The position numbers and the translations under genes are program-made. A stretch of DNA of 64,000 nucleotides, taken from NCBI GenBank assembly GCA_964106915.2, contig OZ066927.1; one strand, given 5' to 3'. This document shows, one piece after another, positions 1 to 13,394 of this stretch. Numbering within the stretch: position 1 is the first letter of the stretch; each line of letters opens with the position of its first letter. This stretch comes from Podarcis gaigeae. Lineage: Eukaryota. A model generated the notes under the pieces. It ran no database searches. It saw only the letters and a list, made by a program, of their open reading frames with translations, and was not told where the DNA came from.

Positions 1-251
1 TTATTTTTTAAAAGTACACTCTCCTTACCTGGAGCAATGCTATTTCCAAAATAGAAGGGTGGGTTGTTTTTTAGCACAGGATTTCTTGCTGTGCTTTCCT
101 AATGAATAAAAGCAATGGATGCACAAAGGGAAGCTGGATTTTTGCTGAAGTTCAGTTTTTGCGCACACCAAAAAATGGATTGGGTAGGAGTAATGTTCAC
201 AAAAAAACTGACTTTCCACACTTTTCTTTCATCTCCCTCCATCCCACACTT

Positions 252-627
252 GTTGTTGTTGTTTAGTCGTTTAGTCGTGTCCAACTCTTCGTGACCCCTG
301 GACCAGAGCACGCCAGGCACTCCTGTCTTCCACTGCCTCCTGCAGTTTGGTCAAACTCATGCTGGTAGCTTTGAGAACACTGTCCAACCATCTCGTCCTC
401 TGTCGTCCCCTTCTCCTTGTGCCCTCCATCTTTCCCAACATCAGGGTCTTTTCCAGGGAGTCTTCTCTTCTCATGAGGTGGCCAAAGTATTGGAGCCTCA
501 GCTTCAGGATCTGTTCTTCCAGTGAGCACTCAGGGCTGATTTCCTTAAGAATGGAGAGGTTTGATCTTCTTGCAGTCCATGGGACTCTCAAGAGTCTCCT
601 CCAGCACCATAATTCAAATAATTCATA
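252..627 (-). mobile_element. BovB (RTE-clade LINE) 5'-truncated 3' end
   Basis: ORF 271..636 gives the BovB RT C-terminus (FELWCWRRLLRVPWTARRSN...YFGHLMRR); (CAA)n tail; 11-bp TSD ATCCCACACTT at 241-251 and 628-638. Confidence 0.93.
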
Positions 628-1573
628 ATCCCACACTTAGAATCATAGACTTTTTGAGTGAAAAGTGACCTGAGAGTCATCTAGTCCAAATGTAGGAATC
701 TCAATTAAAGAATCCCTGGCAGGTGGCCATCCAACCTCTGTTCAAATTTGAAAGGAGAGGGAAAGAGGTGAACTTGGGAGAAAGCTATATTCGGCAGGGA
801 AGAATCAGAGAGAACTGGGTTGTTTGAAAGGAAGGGAAAGGCGAGGATGGGAGAGGGGGCCCTGCTTCACTTCAGATCAACAAGCACCAGCTTGAAAGTC
901 AGGAAAGCCTGGTTTAAAAATATGTCTTGTTAATGAATGGTTAGGAGATACAGAGCAAATCACATTGAAGCATGGCATTTGAGATGTGGTTTCCTTTGGG
1001 CCTTAATTGGATTAGTGGGATCATATTAAAGATATAGCGACTATGCGATGTTTAGAGGATTATTCAGCCCCTTTCTCTTTTTCATTTTTTGTATCATCTA
1101 ATCCTGTTGATTGGGAGCTGCTTTAGAGTTAACTGCAACCAGGCAAGCGAGACCCAAGTTTCAGTCTCCCATCTGTTCCCAAGTGCCTCTTGCCTTACCG
1201 CAGCGGAATTTCACAGAAATGGAAACAAGCATGGTGGCTTTTCCAGAAGATGCCCACACTATAGCTAAGCCCCACTTTCACTTAGTGCTACACCAAGTAC
1301 TCCAGATTGCACATGTCAACCCTGATGGTTTCCCAGTCATTTAAACTTTAGGAAACACTTCTTAACTATCAGAGCATTTCCAGGAACGCAGTAAGCTCCT
1401 GGAGATATCAAGAATCCTCTGTCCCTGAAAGGCTTTTTTCTTTCTTTTTTTTAAGGCTTTCAGGGATGTGTTTAGATATTAGAGACACTTGCCAAGGTTA
1501 GGGCAGGAGTGGTCAAAGAAGGTGGTTAGAGTGGGGCCAAATTAGGCAGAACATATGAAAGTATGAGATGCCC

Positions 1574-2010
1574 CTATGGATGGGTAGATCTCAGTTTTGG
1601 TTTCTCTCTCATTTCTTCATTTTTCCAGTCTTAAAGTTCAGCTCCCCACATTTCCACATCAGTTTGCAACATTTTTTCTAAGTCCTCATGAAAATTGATC
1701 AGTGTTTTAGTGGGAATTTCTCCTAAAATACAAAAAAAAAATGGCATTGTGCCTGATGTACTCAATTTTTGCAAAGCAATTTTCCTTAATAGAATTAATT
1801 TGTGAATAGATGCATTTTTACAGACACTGTCCCCTGGAATATGTGTTTTTGTACCCTTTACTTGGCGGAAGAGGGGCATTACAAAATTCAGAGAGAAGTG
1901 TGAATTTGAAGAGATGGCTGTGTTTTGCTTCTTGTATTGTTTTGGGAACTGCAGATTAGGTAGAATTACCTTTAAATGCAATCTGAATTGAACTTCTCCC
2001 CTGCCCCTAG
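1574..2010. mobile_element. Degenerate non-autonomous DNA element (TAGGGATGG-like ends); related copies ~9472-9883, ~19880-20240, ~22990-23570
   Basis: Shared internal words (cctcatgaaaatt, cagcatttt) among the copies and inverted termini. Confidence 0.5.
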
Positions 2011-5000
2011 TCCCTGGAGAACTGGCCAGATGGACAGATTGTCTGATATGGTATGAGGCAAGTTTCCGTCTTCTTTAAGAAGGAAAGGCTCCTCCAAAAT
2101 TTCCCCCTGTTAGTGGGAATGTCTTGGGGAGAGGATTTTTCCATGGAGTTGGGGCAAACCTTTGGTTCCTGCCCACCTTCTTAGCAACAGACTATTGTTA
2201 CACCCCCGCCTTGGCAACAGGCTTTTGTCCTGAGTCAGTACAGGGTTAACATACGTGGAATATATTTTTATCATAAACTTTTAGCTGCAGAGATTTGATG
2301 TAAGGTGGTGAAGACAGAAAGGCTCTATTTTGTTATGTGTGTGCTATTGTAACTCAGCACACACACGAACCCCCTATGAGTAATCTCCCAAAGCCTGCCA
2401 AACAGAACCAGTGTTAATTGCTTATGCTAGAATCTATTTGCTGTTGGAAATGTCACACCATAAATTATGTTTCATTTCTCCATCTGACAAGCAATGTACC
2501 CGAAATAAATTGGTCCCGTTTCCACTCTTCTCCCTCCGCTCTGATGTCAAATTTATTTGCGGTATCCTTCAATTGATATCCACGGCGTGTGTCGTGGGTT
2601 GCGTTGCTGTTGTTTTTTGGAACTGCAAAAAGAAACCCACAAAAAAACCCTCTAATCAATGTTAAAATAGCCGAAATGCTGTTAATAAGCACAACAGCAG
2701 CAGCAACAACAACAACAGAGTGTGGTTGGTGCAAACAGACCAAGCAGGATGGTGCAATTTAGTAGATTTTGGGGGGATTAAAATTGCACTGAGACCGTTC
2801 TTTTCGGCAGTGGAAAGCAAAGCCAAGCCAATTGACAGTCTTGCTAGGGAGAGAAATGACTCTTGCTTATTCACGAGTGTCAGGGCTGGAGTCCTAAACA
2901 GGTCAGTGAGGAAGGATGCAGATCTCTGTTGTCAGTGAAGCGAAAAAATTATTCAAGGAAATGAATATACAATGCGGCCTAGTGGTCTCAGAAACCCTTC
3001 CCAGTAGGTCTTGCTCCTGTGGAGCAGTTGCCAGGTCCCTGCCTTCCACCTTTTCTAAGGCTCCCATCTAAGAAAGCAAGAGTCCTGAGCCCTCTTCGAG
3101 TGAGCTCCCGATTCTTCCTTTGAAGTCAAATCTCCTTGGTGCCTGGTGATTGACTGGTGAGAAGCCCCACCCACCTAGCAAAGGTGACCTAAGGAGGGTG
3201 GGCCTATTCTGCATCCAGCCCAACATCCAGATCCAGTTCTCCAACCCTAGACTATACTGGTAACTGGGTGGACTAATGGGGGATAGGGCTATCAATGGTT
3301 ACTGGCCACAACTGCTGTGTTCCACCTCTCCTGTTGGGGTCAGTATACCTTTGAATGCTAGTCTTGTGGAATCACAATTGGGTGGGAGTGGTCTTGCCCT
3401 CAGCTCTTGCTTTGGGGATTCCAACTGGGGCCTTTGGTTGGCCACTGTGAGAACAGGATGCAGGGCTGGATGGGCCTTTGGCCTGATCCTGCAGGGTTCA
3501 TCTTAAGCTGCTAATGCTCTGAACTCGGTAAACAACAGCTTCCTATCTTGGCCTTATTTGCCTTTGGATCTGCTGCCCCCTGCGAGAAAGTGAAGATTCT
3601 GCTCTGTCCATGTTTCATTGTCCTAAAGAGAAGGAGGGGAAGTTACGTTATCGATCAACCAGGCTTTTAATATGCCCGAAATAGAGCAAAATGAGAGATG
3701 GAATCAATAAAGATTATTTCCCTGAGTCTAATTTGAGCCTTTTGCCTTGATAAATCCTCCCCCCCTCCTCCTTTCTCTCACTTCTTTTTTTGGTGACATC
3801 CATGGCGTTTGTTATATTACATCAATATTGTTGCCTTTTCGGTTAATTTATTTCATCTGTGACGCTTTAGAGGCCGTGGTTAACTGCCCGCAGTTACCTG
3901 CGCTTTGAAGGATTAGAACCTAAAAATGGATTATGTGAGATCAAAGCAGAGGAGAAGAGATTTGAATCAGGCTGCCTGAGCATCCATTCCTGCGAGGGTT
4001 GGCATAGTTTTGTTCCTTCTATCTGGAAGGCCGAGGAAATCCGTGCAGAGTTTAGGAAAGACAACTCGATCCAACTGGGGCATGGGAGGGAAGCCTTATA
4101 CGGAGTGAGGCTTTGTCTACACTGACTGGCAGTGTCTCTGTAGGGATACAGAAAGCAGTCCCTCCCAGCCCTAACTGGGGATCAAACCAGGGACCACCTG
4201 CACACAAAGCGGATTCTCTCCCACTGAGCTGTGGCCCTTGCTCAGTGCTTGCATCAGTACCTCAGAAGAAAGAACCAGAGTGTCCCCAGATCTCCTTGAC
4301 ATCTCTGAACTCATACCTGCCAATGCTTATCTGTTACATGTGCTAACAGAAGTACTCATTTAGAGATCTTTACCGAAAAACAATTGTGCACCACCAACAC
4401 TTTAAAAAAGAATACAGATGAACAGCATTGCAGTTACCTTAGAAATCTTGCCTTGCTTATTACTTCAGGGAAAATAACCAGTAAATGCCAATATTACCTT
4501 AGCTAGTGTAAGAGAATTAGCAAGAAGCATGCGGTATAAAAACGTTTATTTGAGCAAAATGGCCAACAGAAAGTGAAAATTGCTTTGCAGCTTGAAACAC
4601 CAGCGCAGAGATGTGAAACAGTAAAATGATAAAGGTGATTACAACTTATACAGGCTACCATTCCCCCTGGGGCCATAAACTTAAACTGCTTCTGGTATAA
4701 ATCTATAATATATAGGCAGAGAGATGCCTTATATAGACTTATTCAGGTATTTCCCCCCACCACCACCCATTTAAAGTGGGCAAATTGTTTTAATGATCGT
4801 TGCTGTTATGTATACAGTGTGTTACAAGCTATAGCGAAACACCCTAGATGATACAGAAATCTAAATAAATCAGAATTATGGGATATTGAGGCCTTAGCTC
4901 AGGATAGGTTGTTATAAGAAGGCCTCCAGATAATTAGCTGTAGGGCAAAGATACAGAACCTGTGGCCCTCCAGATGTTGCTGGACTACAGCTCCCATCAT

Positions 5001-5143
5001 CCCAGACCATTGGCCATGCTAACTGGGGCTGATGGGAATTGGAGTCCAAAAGCATCTGGAAGGTCAAAAATACCTCCCTCTTCCCCTAGTGGAGGCTGGT
5101 CCACTGCTGACCTCTCTATATAACCAGTCAGGTGGTGGCTCTG

Positions 5144-5720
5144 TGTCATGGACTGGCTGGATGCAAGGAGAGATGGGAGGCACCAGCTGGGGAACCTCCA
5201 AGGGAACCCGGCTCCGAGCCAGAGGATTGGTGGTGGAACAACGATGAGCAGTCAGAGAGAGAAGAGGAAGCAGACTGAGTGGAGGTGGTGTTGGAAGCTG
5301 AAGAGACAACAGGGTTTAGTGAGCAGGACGGGGCTGTGGCAGAGAGCAGTCCAGAAGCAGAGGCAGAAGCTGAGGTGGGTCAAGAGGCAGAGATGAGGCA
5401 AGCTGCTGAAGAAGCCTAGGAGTCTCCCCCTCTTACTGCAACTAGCTTTCCTCCCAGAAGAAGTATGAAGAGGGCGGAACAAAGAGAGACAAGACAAATG
5501 ACAGTGAGGCTGCTGGGGAAGGAAGCAAGGGAGGAGGAGACTTAAGGAGCAGTGGGAAGGCGGGGATCTTCAGTCCTCGCAACTGCCTCATCGGGGGAAG
5601 AGTACCAGTGGGTGCTAGCCACCCCTTCCTGGAAAGGGTGGTGGGCATCAGTTCTTTAAAAAAAGGGGGGGAAAGTCAGCATAACCAGCCCTTCCCAAGA
5701 GATTGCGTCATTTATAGACA
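5144..5720 (+). mobile_element. Putative solo LTR-like remnant (purine-rich, starts TGTC)
   Basis: Abrupt GA-rich block resembling lizard Gypsy-type LTRs; right boundary and TSD not resolved. Confidence 0.35.
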
Positions 5721-6619
5721 TATTCTCAGCAGAGCTGGAGCGTTTCGTAGCCAAGGAGCCCTCGCAGGGCGGGCAGTACATCGAAAAAGCACCTCTCTGC
5801 ATCCACCAAATAGATGATCCTTGTATAACCATTTAGTATTCACTGTGATGGTGTTGATTATGATGAACTAATTAGCTGTTAAGTGATGTGATAGGTATTT
5901 TTAATAGGGAATTCATTCTAATTCCACAGTAATGAATGTACTGTTACTTTTAAGTGCTATTTGTTTATGCATATGAGTCGATGGAGGAGAGGGGGGGGAA
6001 CACGGCGGGCTCCTATGCTCCAACAAAGCAAGGAAATAATTGTGATTTGTCTCCGAGGGATGATAGCATCTTCATAATTAGAAATGTCAAAAAAGCAAGT
6101 TTGCTGTTAAGATTATTGGTCTGGCAAGATAGCTATCCTTGTAAATTAGATTCCATATCGCTGTATCTCGCTTGTACATGTCGCGTACCAGCGTCCTGGT
6201 TATTAGGCGCTGATTTGTAAAACACAAAAATGATTTCAGCAATTGCTTATGACTATGAAATCCTAAATGAAGAGAATTATATTTTGTTTTGATGTTTTGG
6301 TTTTTTTAAAAAAAATTAAATGCATAAACAGCTCCTTTGCCGGTGCATTCTGGTTCCATATAGAATGCAGTTTGCATGCGACTAGATAGTAGCCAGGAGA
6401 ATATTCAAATAACAAAAATGACTGGCATGCTGATCAGACTCCCTATACCTGTGAAATGCAGGTTGAAGAGGTTAGTTTAGAGACCATAGCATCATGGAAT
6501 TGTAGAGTTGGGACCCTAAGGGTCATCATCCCTAACCATTGGCCATCCTGTCTGGAGTGATTGGAACTGGGGTCCAAAACAACTGGAAGGTACTACATTA
6601 GCTATCCTTTGATTTAGAC

Positions 6620-6870
6620 CAGGGGTCAGCAAACCTTTCAGCAGGGGGCTGGTCCACTGTCCCTCAGACCTTGAGGGGGGCCGGAGTATATTTTGAAGGA
6701 AAAAATATGAACGAATTCCTATGCCCCACAAATAACCCAGAGATGCATTTTAAATAAAAGCACACATTCTACTCATGTAAAAACACACTGATTCCCGGAC
6801 CATCCATGGGCCGGATTTAGAAGGCGATTGGGCTGGATCCGGACCCCGGGCCTTAGTTTGCCTACCCATG
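6620..6870 (+). mobile_element. hAT MITE, copy 1
   Basis: Ends CAGGGGTCAGCAAAC...GTTTGCCTACCCATG; perfect 8-bp TSD ATTTAGAC (6612-6619 and 6871-6878). Confidence 0.88.
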
Positions 6871-8509
6871 ATTTAGACTTTCTCCATGCCCCCCAGATCG
6901 TGTAGATTAAGAAAACCAGAGTTTCACAAATTGGGCTAGCCACATCACCCTCCACATTAGTTGACTGGATTTCTGCCGTTTCCCCTTTTTTGCTGCAGAG
7001 AACCACACAAAGTGCATAACCAGACAGGCTGAACAGATGCTGCCACATTTGGACCAATTGCATTTCCAGGCCCAATTCAAAGTGCTGGTCTTACCCTTTA
7101 TCGCTGTAACCAATGGAAGTTGAAAAGCATTTCATGTGTCATATCCAATGCTAGTCCTCCTCAAAAGTAGTCCCATTGAAATTAATGCTTTTAGATGTTT
7201 CCAATCAGTATAACGGGTCAACCTTGAGTGGGCCTAGCATTGAATACAATCCCATCAATCGCAATTTGTAGCAAACGTAGATTTTATAAAGCTTTGTGAA
7301 AACTTCAAAGGAAAGGCAGAGGTGATATTTATAAGGAATATTGTCTTTTCCAGATATTCTGCTTTGATTAGCAGCTATCTTGTCTCTTATCCATGACTCT
7401 AGAAGTTGCTTTAAAATCATGCTTTGAGGGTGGTGGGAGCATGGATCCTGGAAGAAAAAGAAAACCACAACATTATAAAAAAAAAGACATAAGTACTGGT
7501 AGTGCAGTGGCAGAAGAGATTATTTAGAAATCCCCCAGAGGCAGAATATCCGCTAGTCTGGAAAAAGATTCAGCCCAAGAGGTGAAAACAGTGATTGAAA
7601 GCAAGTGAGTAGGAGGGTGTGATAATGGTAAGATGGCTTCTGCAATTGTTGCTCAAGCTGAGTAGCTGTTTTGTCGCCTGTGTTGTACTGTTGAAATCAA
7701 TTATGCTAATTGTGTGAATAAGTGCTATTAAAAATAACAAAGGGTTGCAGAATTTAGCCCTACCCTGTGGTTCCAGTAATGCAGCTATAATGATCATTTA
7801 TTGGCACAATCTAAATAAATAGTGTGTGGATCTGCAAAAGGAACGGCGTTCAGCTATGCCTGCTACCCATTTATCTTCGATAAGTGATGTACACAATGCA
7901 GCTGCGTAATGTGTCAGTAGGCAGAAACATTCTAGTATGCATTATATGCATTATAAGAAGCTTCCCTTTAGACCAAGTCAGACAGACCCTTGGTCCATCT
8001 AGCTCAGTGTTGTCCACACTGGCTGGCAGAAACTCCTTAGGGTTTCAGACTGGGGACATTCCCAGCCCTACCTGCAGATGTCAGGCATTGAACCCGAGAC
8101 TTTCTACACTCCCTTCTGGAGTCTTTGAATGTAAAGGATAGGATGTTGTCCTGAATGTGGTCCCACTTCTGACACCCTGTTGCCTAATTCATGCAGGTGT
8201 GGGTAATGCATAGCTGTCAACTTTGCCCTTTTTTAAAAGAGAAATTCCCTTATTCCGAATAGGTTTCCTCGCAAGTAAAGGGAAAAATTGACAGCTATGG
8301 GGTATTTTAGCATGCGTGTCAACAGGGGTTTATAGCACTCCCTAGCAGGGTCCTTAAAAAAAACTCCACAGGCCTGTTGCAGCATTTCTGCTAATCCAAG
8401 GGGAAGAAGATGGACAGAACCAGCTAGGTTGTACTTTATGGGACAGCTAAGCCACTTGCCTCCTGATTGCAACACAAAACTCACCAACTTCTATTTTGAT
8501 GTCTTAACT

Positions 8510-8715
8510 TTCAGCACAAATATCAAAGGAGCTCAAGGTGGCATTCATGGTTCTCCCCTTCCTCATTTAACTCCCTCAAGAATCCTGTGAGGTAGGTTAG
8601 GCTGAGAGGCAGTGACTGGCACAAGGTCACCCAGTGAGCTTCATGGCTGAGTGAGGATTTGAACCCTGGTTTCCCAGGTCCAAGTCTGACACTCTAACCA
8701 CTGCTCCACACTGGT
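8510..8715 (-). mobile_element. MIR-like CORE-SINE (second copy ~47740-47930)
   Basis: Core-like ctgtgaggtagg...aaggtcacccagtgagc plus reverse tRNA B-box gatttgaacc. Confidence 0.6.
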
Positions 8716-11226
8716 TGAAAACATTCCAAAGTATAGTACATAGCAGTTTATGGAAGGCCACTGAGGCCTTTAGCAAAGGCAGGAATCATAGAATTGTAGA
8801 TTTGGAAGGGGCCACAAGGATCATCTAGTCCAGGCATGCCCAGCAGTAGATCTTTTGCCCCACATCAGGCTCGAACCCACAGCCATGAGATTCAGAGTCT
8901 CACGCTCTACTGACTGATAGGGACTACAGATCTTTTGTTACTCAACCAAGCACATGCTGTTATCATTGTATGTGGCGCAAGTAAATGCTGCATAGGGGGT
9001 TATTGATCATTTAAATGTCATCCCCAAACGTACACCTCAGCTTCTAAATATTAATAAATAAAAAACTATTAAGAGTAATTGCAATCCTGCTGATTCTCAA
9101 CAACCAATTGTTTTAGCTCTATTATTATCTGCCTGTTCTTTAAACAATTTAGAAAGAAAAATGCAATTTTATATCGATCTTTTTTTCTTGTTCCATTAAA
9201 AGGAATTGATTTGCTTCCCTTGTATAGCATCCAGCTGAAATTAACCTGACATTCACTGCTTGAGAAAAGAAGGCATCTTTTGAAGAGGTTGGGGCCCCCA
9301 TAGTGGTGTTGGTGGGTGAGAGATTCGGGAACATGCTTTTGTTCACTACAGGAAACTTTCAGGCTGATCCCAAGACTCACTGCGCTGGGAGATGAAATGC
9401 TAAGAATAAGCTCTATTGAACACTCTCCTAGCGTAATCTCACCCAGACATGATGACATGCAAATGCTGCCTCTAGGGGTGGGAGAACCCCTCAATTTTGG
9501 TTTCTCTCCGTTTCTTATTTTTTCCCCAACCATAAAGTTCTCCACATTTCCACATCAGTTTGTGATTTGAAAGAAGAAAAAGCCTCATGAAAATTCATCA
9601 GCTTTGTAGTGTGACTGTCTCCTGATGTACACATGACTTTATGTGTACAAAGCAATCTCCTCTAATCTAAAAAAAATCTTTGTGTGTTATTTTCACTAAA
9701 AATCTTTAACACACAATATCTTTGTGTGTTATTTTCATTTATTGAGCACATTTTGTACCCTTTCCTGGCTGGTGAACTGCATTGCAAACTTCAGAGGTTT
9801 GTGTGCCTTCTGAAGGATGCCTATATTTTGACTCTGGTATTGTAGATGTGCTTTCACACACAAACATTCTCCTCCATCCCTAGTTATTGTTGCAATATTG
9901 TTGCCCGTAAACACACAGAAGCCAAATCATAGGATCTGGGTGCCAGATTTGACCACTCCAGTGGCATTTTGGTCACTGAAAGTTTATGATCAAACAGCCA
10001 CTTCTTGTAATGTAGTCAAATTTCGTTTTGGTTTGTTTGGCTTGGTGGTTTTCTACTTGTTTCTGCCAAGCTATTCCCACTTGCCCCACACTCTCACTTC
10101 AGCTGATCACTGCTGCTTTGCCTACGCAGGTAGATTTCAAATGGGTGACCTGGTGTCATTGCAAACATCAGGTGATGGAGAGGTGGGAAGCCTTCCCCAA
10201 CAGGGAATGGGGGAAGATAAGGATCAGGCCCACAAACAGAATCCATGATAATTCTCATTGGGAATATTGTACACAGGGAGGGGAGGTTGAACTCTCCCCC
10301 CCCCCCCTGCTACTATTAGAAAGGGGAGTTCTCACTGGCTCCAACTTCTTTTTTAAAATGCTAGCGTGATTCCAAATGGCATGCTCAGTGTCACATGGAA
10401 TCACTCATTTTTAGGACTCATTCAGATCTACCACTAAACAAGTGGGACTGGGCAATAAACGATGGTTTGTTAAAACAAGAGAGCTTCATAAACCATCATT
10501 TAGCACCGTATCCAGACAAGGTCTTAACACTGGCCAGTGTATATTATATTTTAGTAGCATGATAAAACCCCTTTTCGGAAACCATCTTTCTGAGAATGGT
10601 TCATCCTCCTCCATTCAATGAATATTTTCTAACGTTTCCTAAGCTAAAATGCCTCATATGAAAGAACAGAAATTACAGGGGTCTCTGATGTCCTGCTTTA
10701 AAAGATATTGGTTTCTCATTGAAAAAACTGTTACTCCCAAAAACAAACACCCAACCCATCAAGGAAGAGAAACCTGTACCTCTCCAGATGTTGGGCTTCA
10801 TCAGCCCCAGCCAGCATGTGTCAGGGGTGATGTGAGTTGGAGTCCAACCACATCTGGAGGACCAGAGGATCTCCATCCCTTATACATCAGGCCCCACTGT
10901 GGGATCTCACTTGAATCTAGAGTTCAGTGACTATTAACTGAGCAGGCTGGTATCATGCACGCTAAGGTGAAATACGTTGATCTCCTCCTAATGTAGGGGA
11001 ACAACCATAGCTCAGTGGCAGAGCACACACTTTCTGTGCAGACAGGCCCAGGTTCAGTCACCAATATCTCCAATCAAAATGGTGCTCCTCAAACATTTTG
11101 AAGTGGGAACCACCTATAGGCTTAATTAATCTTCTGAACTTTGTTTTTTCTGTTTATAACAGAAAACACAGAATTATTACATTAGATTACTAGCACAAGA
11201 CAATTTTATATTTTATTTTATAAAAT

Positions 11227-11920
11227 AAAAAATGTCCAGTAGCACCTTAGAGACCAACTAAGTTTGTTCTGGATATAAGCTTTCGTGTGCATGCAGATAC
11301 ACTGAAACAGAAGTCACCAGACCCTTATATATAGTGGGAGGGTGGGGTGGTGTTTTTCTCAGAAGGGTAGTAGGAGATGGGTAATTGACTCAATGGGTAC
11401 GGTAAACCTGTTGATGACTGTTAATGACTATAATTAGTCCTACAGGGAAAAGCAAGGGATAGTACAGTGGTATCTCAGGTTACATACGCTTCAGGTTACA
11501 GATTCCGCTAACCCAGAAATAGTGCTTCAGGTTAAGAACTTTGCTTCACGGTAAGAACAAAAATCGTGCTCTGGTGGCACAGTGGCAGCAGGAGGCCCCA
11601 TTAGCTAAAGTGGTGCTTCAGGTTAAGAACAGTTTCAGGTTAAGAACGGATCTCTGGAACGAATTAAGTACTTAATCTGAGGTACCACTGTATGCAGATG
11701 ACCAAAAATAGCTTTAGCATATGTAATGAGACAAGAATCCAATATCTCTATTCAGACCAGGTTTCTCCATAGTTTTCAGTTTAATAATAAGTTACTAAAC
11801 TTTAGCATGCACACAAAAGCTTATACCCAGAACAAAATTAGTTGGTCTCTAAAGTGCTACTGAACATTTTTTATAAATTTATTTCTACTGCATCAGACCA
11901 ACACGGCTACCTACCTGAAT
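11227..11920 (-). mobile_element. Penelope-like element: ORF C-terminus, 3' pLTR and inverted 5' pLTR
   Basis: Minus strand ~11791-11713 encodes LIIKLKTMEKPGLNRDIGFLSHYIC* (Penelope GIY-YIG C-terminal GLNRD motif); ~68-bp inverted arms at 11227-11294 and 11805-11872. Confidence 0.82.
11465..11690 (+). mobile_element. Tc1/mariner (Tigger-like) MITE family A, nested in the Penelope element
   Basis: TIR CAGTGGTA(T/C)CTC...GAGGTACCACTG, TA on both sides; internal cttcaggttaa repeats. Confidence 0.9.
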
Positions 11921-13394
11921 TTATAGTTTGTTTTTTCATTAATAATGTCTCTCTGTGTGTTTGTACGTACATACATATTGTATCTATTTACACGTTTTAT
12001 ATTTATTGTGCCTACTTAATACATTTACTTTGTACAAAGATACAGTTCAAGGCTGCATTCACATGGAAATTTATTCCCTTTTCTTGATGTTTCCCTTATT
12101 ACAATATGAACTTTCCCATGACCTAAAATCCACTTCCATAACGGAATATAACACAAGTTTTGCAAATTTCTGTGTTGTTTCCAGAAAAAAAAAATCATTT
12201 GCAAATAGCACAGAAAATGGAGCATTAAACTTGCACTGCATTCCGTAGTATTTCCAGAAGTAGCTTTTACGTTGTGTGAAAGCTCAAAACCCAATCCAAA
12301 TGAAGATATTTCCTCCTCTCTTTTGAGATCCTTCTGAGTTCTTTTGCAAGGCAGAGTGGGGTAAGACTATTTTTCCTTCTTAATTCAGAAATACTAAGTT
12401 CTGTCATTCTTGTTTTTATTGGTGTTGCCCTTGGGAACAGATTGCTAAGGATGATAAATTGAATAAATTGAGGCTATATAAATAGAGATTTATTACTTGC
12501 CTGTCTAGTTTGTCTGTTTTCTAAAAATGAATCATTTCCCCCCCTCAAAAAAAAAAAATAGGGGATCAACTAATGATTTCCAAACTCCCCAGTGTGCCCT
12601 CGGAAAATGTTTGCTACTGCTTAAGTCTGATTCATCTTTTTCTGGAACTCTAATAAAATTATAATGCTGTGGCTTGCTGTTGTTTTCATCTGTGCATAGA
12701 AAATTCCACTCTCAATTTTGGTAGCCCTAATGCTGGAATAATTTGGTTTGAGGATCACCTCTGAAAAATTCAAGGCTAAATGGGGGTGGGGGAGAGAGAG
12801 AGGAAATGAATATATGTATTTGAAAAGAGATTACCAGGTCCTTGAAAAATACAGAGCCACAACTATTTTGCGGATCACTTTAAATCACTCCTCCCCTGAG
12901 ATGGATGACAGCAGAATGAGGTACACAGGAGGAGAAAAATTGACCCAAATCCTTATTCTGTGCATATCAGGAAATCTCTAGGGATTTTGGTGCAAAAGCA
13001 GCAACCGTTTGCAACAGCTGAGAGAGTGGCGAATTTGTGAGAGGGAAGTAGCGATATCTTTGCTTTTCCAAGCCTAATTTTAGACTCGCCCAACCATGTG
13101 CACACACCTCGTCAGCTCTCTAGCCAGCTAGCAACATAAAGCTTCACATTCCGTTAGGTATTGCATGGAGTTTGCCAGCTAGCCTAATGGATCTTGCTCG
13201 CCCATAACGGCCGCCCTGCTAAGCATTCAGTAACTGACAGCTTCCTCTCAGAAATTGGAATACTTGTGAACATTCCGTGACATTTCTGTTACATGACCTC
13301 AGCTAAGGTCTTCATGGGAGTCCTCCCCCCGCCCCATTTTCTTACTTCCCATTTAAAGGCAGCGTGAGAGGGAACAGCAGGGGAGGTAAGAGCC

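Noticed and set aside
5032-5817. Cluster of overlapping ORFs as a hidden gene
   Set aside because: Low-complexity purine-rich repeat-like sequence with no recognisable domain or splice structure
9069-9545. 158-aa minus-strand ORF (likewise 23705..24172 and other ORFs over 100 aa)
   Set aside because: No homology I can recognise; lengths are compatible with chance in 64 kb, and some overlap repeats
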